55,273 nucleotides of DNA from a virus (taxonomy: Duplodnaviria; Caudoviricetes): positions 1-55,273 of IMG/VR virus record IMGVR_UViG_3300047157_000034; one strand, written 5' to 3'. Made by a program: the position numbers and the translations under genes. The notes below the pieces were generated by a model. It was not told where the DNA came from. It saw only the letters and a list, made by a program, of their open reading frames with translations, and searched no databases. Shown here piece after piece: positions 20,484-28,735 of the stretch (positions are counted from its first letter, which is position 1; every line of letters starts with the position of its first letter).

Positions 20484-20752
20484 GTGACGTTTGTTACTTA
20501 TGACGTTGCATTATGACGTTACGATAGTTGTAAGCCATTGAATACAAAGCGTTATGACGTTATGACGGACTAAAAGAGTAACAAGTAGAATTGTTGAACG
20601 TGTGGCAAAAATTGTACTACTGGCACACATATTTAACATTTTGGTATTCTTCTATATTAACGTCATAACGTCATAACGTCATAAAGGTCATACTAAATGG
20701 CTGTTTTTATTGAACATTTCATTATGACGTTTCATATGACGTTATGACGTTT
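20484..20752. repeat. iteron-like (TT)ATGACGT array, putative replication origin
   Basis: about 11-12 copies of an 8-bp unit in both orientations around an AT-rich spacer. Confidence 0.7.
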
Positions 20753-20758
20753 GTATGA

Positions 20759-21253
20759 TTAAGCAACTTCTCTTAGTTCTACAGTGTTAGAACCTTCGCG
20801 ATACTCGCTTAGTGCTCTGATCATAGCTTCTATTTGATCTGGGTGCTTCTTGAACTGTGTAGCCGCCCAAACTTTAACATCGAAAGGCTTCTCTTCTACT
20901 TCAGCCTTAGGTGGATCTATGTGCCACTGTTGGACTTCAGTAAAAAGATGCAAACAGAATGCTTGAACATCGTCAAACTCTGTGACTCTCTCGTTCTTCT
21001 GTTTTTTGTTAAGGGTGTACTGGCTCTTCTCTTTGTTCCAAGTCACTAACCCGTTGTCTTTTATCCAACGTTTGATGCGTTGTTGATTTATGCCGTTAGT
21101 CGCATTTATTAATCTTGTGAAGTACGTGGCATCACCATGTTCAAATGCATACCCTGCCGCGTTGCAAAGTACTTCGTGAACATTCTTTCTGATAGCTTCC
21201 GACGACTTTCTGATGCCACCAATTTTAACTCCCATTTGCTTAGATGTAAGCAT
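20759..21253 (-). CDS. hypothetical first early protein
   Basis: GGAGG SD; 164 aa. Confidence 0.75.
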   Translation of the reverse strand: MLTSKQMGVKIGGIRKSSEAIRKNVHEVLCNAAGYAFEHGDATYFTRLINATNGINQQRIKRWIKDNGLVTWNKEKSQYTLNKKQKNERVTEFDDVQAFCLHLFTEVQQWHIDPPKAEVEEKPFDVKVWAATQFKKHPDQIEAMIRALSEYREGSNTVELREVA

Positions 21254-21275
21254 AGTATATCCTCCGATTAGGTTT

Positions 21276-21325
21276 AAGGGTTGTGGTAATATGCACCTGA
21301 GTGATGCACATTATATAAACCCCTT
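21276..21325 (-). promoter_or_regulatory. long RNA hairpin in the early leader, RNase III site-like
   Basis: AAGGG...TAATGTGCATC-ACTCA-GGTGCATATTA...CCCTT, with G-U pairs only on the minus strand. Confidence 0.45.
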
Positions 21326-21645
21326 CAGGTTTATTATGGCCGCCGAACTTAATCGGTGAGGAACCTATTCATCGCACTAGGTGTGCGCTAGGTATCATGC
21401 GTGCGATTACACGCGTCCTATCCCATCTACTAACGGCCCCAGCTCTCTACCCACACCTACGCACTTGTCACGTGCTACGCCTTTCGACTTGCCTATGGTT
21501 TATCCTCGTCAGAGGGCATGCGCTCCAATCCATTGCGCGTAAATAATACGCTCGCAAAACTGTCACACGAATACCCTGAAGCATCTTCCGAAGGAGTAAC
21601 CTTAATTCCCGTCCTAAGACCTGAGGGCTTTCAAACTCCTTACTA
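21324..21645 (-). ncRNA. candidate large structured ncRNA of unknown family
   Basis: nested long-range stems, at least five hairpins and two possible pseudoknots; wobble pairs favour the minus strand. Confidence 0.55.
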
Positions 21646-21653
21646 CTGGCGCA

Positions 21654-21707
21654 GGGGAAATGGAGAGGGGGAGGGGCCGATGGGGTGGCCCCCCAGCCCC
21701 AGCCCTT
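21654..21707 (+). other. G-tract/C-tract element upstream of terS (possible packaging or terminus site)
   Basis: four runs of at least 4 G followed by C6, C4 and C3; strong GC outlier. Confidence 0.45.
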
Positions 21708-21776
21708 ATGTAGTCCGTATATCGCAACCCCTATTTTTTACTAATGTTCCCCTTTTGTTCTACGTCATGCAGTTTC

Positions 21777-21811
21777 TTGACGAAAATCTGTGTATCTGTT
21801 ACTGTGTGCGT
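21777..21811 (+). promoter_or_regulatory. sigma70-type promoter for terS (apparently leaderless)
   Basis: TTGACG-17 nt-TACTGT-6 nt-ATG; no SD. Confidence 0.65.
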
Positions 21812-22162
21812 ATGAACGAGCGCGTAAATCATGTTATTGATCCGACAAAGGTAGACCAACCTATCTTAACCTCTGCTGAACTGGCCAAGATTGAGGAAGA
21901 TCCCTCTTTAATGGAGACTGTTGCGAGGCTGCTGGGGGCTGTAAACCTCGACAATTTGTTTCGCACCATGCAAAACCCTGAGATAAATCCAACTGCGCGT
22001 ATAGAATTTCAAAAAATGCTTAATAAAATGGGCCGACTAGAACCTGACACCAAGGCAGATGTCTCTGGGCAGGGCCCGCAAGTTGTAATCAACATTACAA
22101 GAGCCAAAGACCAAGACGATGCGATCACGATAGAAGGGCAACCTATTCCAGATGATGCATGA
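21812..22162 (+). CDS. terS: terminase small subunit (putative)
   Basis: Immediately precedes and overlaps terL; C-terminal QVVINI strand; start MNERVN just after the promoter. Confidence 0.7.
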   Translation: MNERVNHVIDPTKVDQPILTSAELAKIEEDPSLMETVARLLGAVNLDNLFRTMQNPEINPTARIEFQKMLNKMGRLEPDTKADVSGQGPQVVINITRAKDQDDAITIEGQPIPDDA

Positions 22163-23567
22163 AATTAATTTCGAGGTTATAGAAAGCCTTGATGAGTTCT
22201 TTTACAGCAAAAAATTTATTTCGTTGGCGGTGGGCCCCGTAGGATCGACGAAAACTACAGCTGGAATAATGAAAATCTTACACCATGCAGCGTTAATGGC
22301 CCCATGTAAGGACGGAATTAGACGTTCCAGAGCGATTTGGGTGCGAAATACGCGAGAACAGCTGCGCGATACGTCCATTCCTGACTTCCTAAAGTGGATT
22401 CCAGACGGAGTTATGGGTAGTTTTCTTAAAACTGAGTACAAATTCCTGCTAAAAGTAGGCGATATTGAGTGCGAAGTGCTGTTTAGGGGCCTCGACGACG
22501 CCAACGACGTACGTAGATTGCTGTCTTTACAGGCTAGTTTCTTCGTATTTGACGAGTTTAGAGAGATACACCCCGACATTTATAACGCTGCACAGGGTAG
22601 AATAGGCCGATATCCCGATAAAATGATGAATGGGGTGGGATGTCAGACAGATGACGGAGAACCTAACATGCACCTCTGGGGCATGACAAACCCCCCTGAT
22701 ATGGACACATATTGGGAAGATTTGCTTACAGAACCCCCTGAAAACGTCCATGTGACGATACAACCAAGTGGTTTAGCCCCTGAAGCAGACTGGACACAGT
22801 TCCTACCTGATGATTACTACGACAACTTAGCCCAAGGTAAGACTGAAGACTGGATTGATGTGTATATACACGCTCAGTTTGGTAAGTCTTTAAGTGGGCA
22901 ACCTGTGTTTAGATCGTTCGACAGGGCAGTACATGTGTCTAAGACAGAGCTAACGCCTATGTTCACAGATTCTTCTCTTATAATCGGTGTAGACGCGGGG
23001 CTGACGCCTGCTGCAGTAATCGGCAACGTCGCCTACGACGGTCGCCTGGTAGTCTACGACAGTCTTATCTCTGACGGAATGGGGGCGCTACGCTTTGTAA
23101 GAGAGCGACTCAAGCCCCTTCTTGTGAATAAGTACCCTGGGCGTAGGGCGCTGATAATAATTGACCCAGCGGCGTTCCAACGCGTGCAGACGGATGAACG
23201 TACGGTAGCTGACATATATAAAAACGAAGGGTTTACTGTAAGACCCGCTCGTACTAATTCTGTAGCTGCAAGGATTTCTGCTGTAGATAAGTACATGACT
23301 AGAATTGTAGACGGTAAATATGGTTTTCTTGCTTGCCCTACCCATGCGACAAATTTGATACAGGCGCTAGCGGGTAAGTACCGTTACAAAATAAACACCA
23401 AAGGTGTACGAGATGAGAAGCCAGAAAAATCCCACCCCTGGTCAGATGTGGCTGATGCGTTTCAATACATGTGTTTACATGCTGACGGCGGTGAGGTATT
23501 TGGAGCGATGAACTTTTCGAACCAAAGGAAATCAGTTGTCAAAGTTTCATCTGGCGGCTGGACATAA
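22152..23567 (+). CDS. terL: terminase large subunit
   Basis: GPVGSTKT Walker A, VRNT, FVFDEFRE Walker B, MTNPP, nuclease IGVDAG and SDVADAFQY. Confidence 0.95.
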   Translation: MMHEINFEVIESLDEFFYSKKFISLAVGPVGSTKTTAGIMKILHHAALMAPCKDGIRRSRAIWVRNTREQLRDTSIPDFLKWIPDGVMGSFLKTEYKFLLKVGDIECEVLFRGLDDANDVRRLLSLQASFFVFDEFREIHPDIYNAAQGRIGRYPDKMMNGVGCQTDDGEPNMHLWGMTNPPDMDTYWEDLLTEPPENVHVTIQPSGLAPEADWTQFLPDDYYDNLAQGKTEDWIDVYIHAQFGKSLSGQPVFRSFDRAVHVSKTELTPMFTDSSLIIGVDAGLTPAAVIGNVAYDGRLVVYDSLISDGMGALRFVRERLKPLLVNKYPGRRALIIIDPAAFQRVQTDERTVADIYKNEGFTVRPARTNSVAARISAVDKYMTRIVDGKYGFLACPTHATNLIQALAGKYRYKINTKGVRDEKPEKSHPWSDVADAFQYMCLHADGGEVFGAMNFSNQRKSVVKVSSGGWT

Positions 23568-23570
23568 TCT

Positions 23571-23606
23571 GTTGACGCGTTGACAGTTTAATGATAGGAA
23601 TCTGAT
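23571..23606 (+). promoter_or_regulatory. putative promoter/operator for portal
   Basis: GTTGAC-GC-GTTGAC; TTGACG starts 35 nt before the ATG. Confidence 0.5.
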
Positions 23607-25640
23607 ATGACGCTTGGCCCAGCTATAATTCCTGTTGCCCGTGCTAGTGATTTGGAAGCGGCAGCAAAACGCGAGTCTGACGACACGCAAAATAGACCTG
23701 TTGTTCAGGGCCTAGCTGCGCATACGCGCAAACGTTGGGAAATTATGAGAGATCATTTTCGTGATGATCTTGAAGATAGACTCATTGCTTGCATCCGTGC
23801 ACGTAACATGGAGTACGAACCTTCCAAACTTGCAGAGATAAAAGAACAAGGTGGTTCTGAAATATTTATGGGTATCGTTAGTTCTAAGTGTCGTACAGCG
23901 ACAGCTTGGCTAAGAGATACTCTTTTAGGACAGGGTCAAGATAAACCTTGGTCACTCTCCGCTACTCCTATTCCTGAAGTACCCCCTGATATTGCGCAAG
24001 CCATGCAGAATATTATGCGTGAAAATTTAATGCAGTACTACGCAGAAGGTGGGCCGCAGCCTAATCCACAGGAGCTAAAAGAATTAGCTAGTGGCATGAA
24101 AGACACAGCTATGCGAGCTATGAAGTTCGAAGCAGAAAAACGTGTCGAGCGCATGGAATTAAAAATGGAAGACCAAATGACAGAGGGTGGATACACCAAA
24201 GCTCTGTTTGAGTTTACAAACGATATTGCTACGTTCCCTTACGCTATAATGAAGGGGCCGATACCACGTAAACGAAAAACAATGAAGTACATGGAAGGTG
24301 GACTTGGTGTTGTTGAAGTATTTCGTGATGAGTGGGAGCGCGTAGATCCGTTTAAGTTTTACTGGTGTCCTTGGGGCGATAATGTGCAAGACATGCCAGT
24401 TATTGAAGTTCATCACTTAACCCGCGAAGACGTTGAAGGTATGATTGGCGTTGAAGGATATGATGAAGCGTCTGTACGTTCCTTGCTTGTAGATTTTGGT
24501 GCAGGTGGCATGGGATGGCTTGACCAAGATAGTAATGAATATGAAGATGCTACAAGCATAGATATGGATGATGCAAGTTCTGATGTTATTGCAGCATTGC
24601 AACTGTGGGATACAGTTCCAGGAAGTTTATTATTAGAGTGGGGAATAGACGAAACTGAAATAGAAGACCCTCAAAAATCTTATCCGTGTGAAGTGTGGAT
24701 GGTAAACAATACTGTCATTCGTGCGGTTCTTAATTATGACCCAATCGGTCGTAAACCTTACTACGTTACCTCATTTGAAAAAGTGCCAGGCCGTCTTGAT
24801 GGTAACGGAGTCTCCGATCTTTGTATGGACGCTCAAAATATGTGCAACGCCGCTGCTCGTGCGCTTGCTAATAATATGGGCATCTCCTCAGGTCCACAGG
24901 TTGGTGTTAACATTAGTCGACTCCCTGCGGGCGAGGATATTACACAGATGTACCCTTGGAAAATCTGGCAGTTCCAACAATCTGACTACAATGATTCCTC
25001 GCCCCCAATGACGTTCTTCCAACCTAATTCTAACGCGGGGGAGTTAATGACTGTGTTTGATAAGTTTATGAACTTAGCAGATGAAGTGTCAGGTATACCT
25101 AAATATATGACTGGGCAGCATGTTCCTGGTGCGGGGCGCACATCGTCAGGGCTGTCTATGTTAATGAGTAACGCAGGAAAATCTATTAAACAGGTTATAA
25201 GTAATATTGATTTTGACGTAATACGTCCAATGCTTGAGCGTCAGTACCAAAGAAACTTGCGATACGCAGAAGACCCTGATTTGATTGGGGATGTACAGAT
25301 ACTTGCACGTGGAGCGATGTCTCTTGTTGTTAAAGAAGCTGAAGCTGTACGTAAAAATGAGTTTCTCAGACTTGTTTTGGAAAGCCCAGTTGCACAACAG
25401 ATTGTTGGTTTGCCAGGTACTGCAGAACTTATGCGCGATATGGCAGGCAACCTTAATACAAATGTTGATCGTCTTGTTCCTTCACGAGAAGATATCCAAA
25501 AACAACAAGAAGCCGCGCAGCAACAACAAATGATGATGCAGCAGATGCAGATGCAAGAAGCTGCAAATTTACAAGAAGACGGTACACCGCAAGGTGGCAG
25601 GCAATCTAATACAATAAGCCCCAGACCAAACGGGCAGTAA
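23607..25640 (+). CDS. portal protein
   Basis: 677 aa after terL; RVDPFKFY, GNGVSDL, Q-rich C-terminal tail; P22-like portal style. Confidence 0.88.
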   Translation: MTLGPAIIPVARASDLEAAAKRESDDTQNRPVVQGLAAHTRKRWEIMRDHFRDDLEDRLIACIRARNMEYEPSKLAEIKEQGGSEIFMGIVSSKCRTATAWLRDTLLGQGQDKPWSLSATPIPEVPPDIAQAMQNIMRENLMQYYAEGGPQPNPQELKELASGMKDTAMRAMKFEAEKRVERMELKMEDQMTEGGYTKALFEFTNDIATFPYAIMKGPIPRKRKTMKYMEGGLGVVEVFRDEWERVDPFKFYWCPWGDNVQDMPVIEVHHLTREDVEGMIGVEGYDEASVRSLLVDFGAGGMGWLDQDSNEYEDATSIDMDDASSDVIAALQLWDTVPGSLLLEWGIDETEIEDPQKSYPCEVWMVNNTVIRAVLNYDPIGRKPYYVTSFEKVPGRLDGNGVSDLCMDAQNMCNAAARALANNMGISSGPQVGVNISRLPAGEDITQMYPWKIWQFQQSDYNDSSPPMTFFQPNSNAGELMTVFDKFMNLADEVSGIPKYMTGQHVPGAGRTSSGLSMLMSNAGKSIKQVISNIDFDVIRPMLERQYQRNLRYAEDPDLIGDVQILARGAMSLVVKEAEAVRKNEFLRLVLESPVAQQIVGLPGTAELMRDMAGNLNTNVDRLVPSREDIQKQQEAAQQQQMMMQQMQMQEAANLQEDGTPQGGRQSNTISPRPNGQ

Positions 25641-25651
25641 AATATTGATAG

Positions 25652-25939
25652 ATGGGAAATATTAACTTCCAATCAATAGCACTGGGAGTCTATCTTTTTG
25701 TATGCGTATTTGATTTTGTCGTCGTGCCAATTTGGTTTGGGGTAAACAGACCAGACATTTCAAGTTTTATAGCCACTATGAACACATTGAACAATGTAGA
25801 ACTGCAAATGGAGCTTATGCGGAAAATGACAGACCACCATAGTCCTTATACATTAATAGGCGGCGGGTTGTTTCATTTATCTTTTGGCGCTATTTTAACG
25901 GGCAGCGTGTTAAATAAAAAGAAAAAGGATGAATCGTAA
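25652..25939 (+). CDS. membrane protein resembling 3TM (GTA-type) holins
   Basis: YLFVCVFDFVVVP...PYTLIGGGLFHLSFGAIL. Confidence 0.55.
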   Translation: MGNINFQSIALGVYLFVCVFDFVVVPIWFGVNRPDISSFIATMNTLNNVELQMELMRKMTDHHSPYTLIGGGLFHLSFGAILTGSVLNKKKKDES

Positions 25940-25950
25940 ACTGACAATCT

Positions 25951-25986
25951 GTTGACACGTTATTCCTTTTGAGATATTGTTTTTTT
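25951..25986 (+). promoter_or_regulatory. sigma70-type promoter (apparently leaderless)
   Basis: TTGACA-17 nt-TATTGT-6 nt-ATG. Confidence 0.7.
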
Positions 25987-26220
25987 ATGATTGACTTGAA
26001 TCTTTGCGACAAACAACAAATTAACGCGTTGTTAAAAATTAAAGAAACAGGCAATACTGCTTTGATAGCATTGCTAGAAGAGCAAATTCAAAAAGCCGTT
26101 TCGCGGCTACAGCAAGCAGATGACATGGTTATGATCCACCGTCTGCAAGGTCGCTGCGAAGCATTTAATGATTTACTTACTGCGATTGAAGAGTCGCCTA
26201 AAGTAGTTAATCGCTCGTAA
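25987..26220 (+). CDS. small conserved head-module protein
   Basis: MIDLNLC...IHRLQGR motif; lies between portal and scaffold. Confidence 0.7.
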   Translation: MIDLNLCDKQQINALLKIKETGNTALIALLEEQIQKAVSRLQQADDMVMIHRLQGRCEAFNDLLTAIEESPKVVNRS

Positions 26221-26301
26221 GAGCACGAAGAAGCAGACCAAAGACGGGAGCAGCATACTCAAGGCGCTGTGTAACAGAGTTGGAGCTTTAAGGAGAAAAA
26301 T

Positions 26302-27324
26302 ATGGCGTTACCTAAACAGGTACAGAAACAATTAAAAGAAGTTGAAGCGTTAGAGAAAGCGTTACAAGCCCAATCTGACCCTAGTAAAGCTGAAGTTGTA
26401 GAAGATTCCGATATTAAGGAAGTAAAGTCTAAAGAAGCTAAAGCTAAAAAGGTCAAACAGGACACTGAAACAGTTGAACCAACCGAAGCTGAATTAAAAA
26501 CTGAACCTGCAGAAGTAAAGCCAGCTGACACGTCACCGACGGGCGTAGAGGACGATTTTAAGCAGAAGTACAATACCTTACGAGGTAAGTACGACGCCGA
26601 AGTTCCAAGGCTGCACCAACAACTAAAGCAGCTAACTGATGAACTAGGCAGCATCCGAAAGGAAGTAACTGCGAAGAAAGAAGCTCCGACAAAGCCGAAG
26701 GAGAAAGTCAGTTTAGTGACCGACGCAGATCGAGAAGAGTTTGGAGAAGATCTGCTCAACGTTCAACGAAAAGTTGCGCAAGAAGTTTCTCAAGAATACG
26801 AGAGTCGTTTTGAGCAACAAGAAAAAATTATTAGAGACTTGCAAGATAAAGTTGCAGGAACTGATAAGCAAGTTGGCGAAGTAGGGTTTAGTCAGAGACT
26901 AGTAAATTTAGTTCCTGATTTTGCTCAAATCGACAGCGACGAACGTTGGGTAGCGTGGCTTAATGAGCATGATCCCATGTTAAGAGCCCCGCGTAGAGTA
27001 CAGGCTCAGGCTGCATTTGATTCTGGCGACGCTGAAGCCATAGCAGATTATATAAAGTTATGGAAATCAACGCTTGCTGAGACACCAGATGAACCTGAAA
27101 AACCTGTTCGCCAAGCAGAGCTCGAAAAACAGGTCGCGCCTAATCGGAGTGCAAATTCTGTGAAGACGCCGACAAACCAGAACGGTAAGTATTATTCTGC
27201 AAGAGATATGGATAATGCTTGGGTTAAGGTAAGAACGTTGAACACAAGAGGAAAGTACGATGACGCGGCAAAACTTGAAGCAGAATTGACGGCGGCGTAT
27301 ATGGAGAACCGCGTTAGAACCTAA
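26302..27324 (+). CDS. capsid scaffolding protein
   Basis: acidic/coiled-coil, KYNTLRGKYDAE, ends AYMENRV; precedes the capsid gene; AAGGAG SD. Confidence 0.8.
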   Translation: MALPKQVQKQLKEVEALEKALQAQSDPSKAEVVEDSDIKEVKSKEAKAKKVKQDTETVEPTEAELKTEPAEVKPADTSPTGVEDDFKQKYNTLRGKYDAEVPRLHQQLKQLTDELGSIRKEVTAKKEAPTKPKEKVSLVTDADREEFGEDLLNVQRKVAQEVSQEYESRFEQQEKIIRDLQDKVAGTDKQVGEVGFSQRLVNLVPDFAQIDSDERWVAWLNEHDPMLRAPRRVQAQAAFDSGDAEAIADYIKLWKSTLAETPDEPEKPVRQAELEKQVAPNRSANSVKTPTNQNGKYYSARDMDNAWVKVRTLNTRGKYDDAAKLEAELTAAYMENRVRT

Positions 27325-27386
27325 AGGTGTTAACGTGTTAACTGTTGAGCAGCTGTCCTAACCAACTAACTTAATAGGAGGCCAAA

Positions 27387-28397
27387 ATGGCTGCAGTGTT
27401 CCCCGTCGTAGGCTCAGGCTCATTCGACACAAATCCGAGTTACTCGGGTACTTTCATTCCACAGTTGTGGAGCAACAAACTAAACGCAAAATTTTATGCG
27501 AACACCATGATGACTGAAATCGCTAACACTTCTTGGGAAGGCGAAATCAAAAACCAGGGTGATACTATAACAATCCGTACAGCACCATCGATCACAATCA
27601 ATGACTATGCTGGCGCGGGTACAACCCTAACTAACGAAGTTCCAGTACCAGTTACTGTCGATATGCAAATCGACAAAGGTAAATACTTCTCTGTTCAGGT
27701 CAACGACGTGCTAGCGCACCAAGCTGACATGGATCTGATGAACATGTTTACTGAAGATGCTGCAAAACAATTGAAAATTTCGATCGAAAACGAAGCTTTC
27801 TTTCAGTATTTTGTAACTGCTGGTGCAGCTGCGGCAAACAAAGGTGCTACAGCGGGTGCTAAATCTGCGGGATATAATCTCGGAACAGATGTAGCTCCTA
27901 TTGACCAAGCAACACCTGCGAATGTACTAAAAGCAATTCTTAAAATGTCTGCAACCCTCGATGAGCAGAATGTTCCTGAAGATGGCAGATGGTTGATTAT
28001 GTCACCGTTTGATCGTCAGCTTCTAATGCAAACAGATATTGCTCAAGCGTACTTCACTGGAGATGCAGCAAGTACCGTTCGTACTGGCAAAATCGGAATG
28101 TTAGATAGGTTTACTGTTTATGTATCTAACCTACTTCCAAAAGGCCAAGCAGCTAAAGCTCTTGTTCCTGGTTTGTCAGCAACATCAAGTGGCGCAACAG
28201 TTTCTAATGCCAAAGCCAGACGTATGATGGTAGCTGGTACTTCTGATGCTTGTGCGTTTGCTTCGCAAATTAGTAAAACCGAACCCCTACGTAACCAAAC
28301 TGACTTTGGAGACATAGTTAGAGGGTTAGCGGTGTACGGGAGAAAAGTTGTTAAAAACGAAGCTCTCTGTACTGCAATAGTAGGTTCAGCAAGTTAA
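27387..28397 (+). CDS. major capsid protein (P22 coat-like, HK97 fold)
   Basis: FIPQLWS, EGEIKNQGDTITI, IDKGKYF, LDEQNVPEDGRW, FGDIVRGLAVYG. Confidence 0.93.
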   Translation: MAAVFPVVGSGSFDTNPSYSGTFIPQLWSNKLNAKFYANTMMTEIANTSWEGEIKNQGDTITIRTAPSITINDYAGAGTTLTNEVPVPVTVDMQIDKGKYFSVQVNDVLAHQADMDLMNMFTEDAAKQLKISIENEAFFQYFVTAGAAAANKGATAGAKSAGYNLGTDVAPIDQATPANVLKAILKMSATLDEQNVPEDGRWLIMSPFDRQLLMQTDIAQAYFTGDAASTVRTGKIGMLDRFTVYVSNLLPKGQAAKALVPGLSATSSGATVSNAKARRMMVAGTSDACAFASQISKTEPLRNQTDFGDIVRGLAVYGRKVVKNEALCTAIVGSAS

Positions 28398-28404
28398 CAA
28401 ACCT

Positions 28405-28430
28405 GAGGGGGTGTAATAGCCCCCTCTCTT
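28405..28430 (+). terminator. terminator-like hairpin after the capsid gene
   Basis: GAGGGGGT-GTAATA-GCCCCCTC followed by TCTT (short U-tract, probably leaky). Confidence 0.65.
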
Positions 28431-28444
28431 ACTGGAGATTTGCA

Positions 28445-28735
28445 ATGGATATATACCAACTACTAGAAAAGCTTGATGGTGAAATTGTCAGCAATAAAGC
28501 GGTTGTTCGAATTAATGACGAGCCAATTGAAATTGGTGGAATTATTGGGAATGAGTTTCAACTAAACGAAAAAGGCAAAGAGCTTGCAGCTGCTAACAAA
28601 AGTTCTACAGCAAAGCCTAAAGCTAAACCTGCATCCACAAAACGAAAGCGTGCGCGTAATGATGATGGAACTCTAAAAGCAGACGACCCCAGCACGCCTA
28701 ACATAAATGAGGCTTGGGAAAATGGCGACGATTAA
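28445..28735 (+). CDS. hypothetical protein
   Basis: GGAG SD; RARNDDGTLKADDPSTPNINEAW motif. Confidence 0.65.
   Translation: MDIYQLLEKLDGEIVSNKAVVRINDEPIEIGGIIGNEFQLNEKGKELAAANKSSTAKPKAKPASTKRKRARNDDGTLKADDPSTPNINEAWENGDD

Noticed and set aside
20484-20752. CRISPR or mini-array
   Set aside because: The unit is only 8 bp, irregularly spaced and in both orientations; the Cas4-like nuclease is an ordinary phage exonuclease
21400-21441. tmRNA-like 5' end GGGGCCG on the minus strand
   Set aside because: No matching T-arm/acceptor 3' end (GTTCRANTCC...CCA) and no tag reading frame
21478-21520. Hammerhead ribozyme core (CUGACGAG...CGAAA) on the minus strand
   Set aside because: Stem II is poor, and I cannot build stem I or a proper UH cleavage site. 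Kept only as a feature of the larger RNA candidate.
21518-21811. N-terminal extension of TerS given in the ORF track
   Set aside because: It runs through the structured RNA and G-tract; a good promoter places the start at 21812
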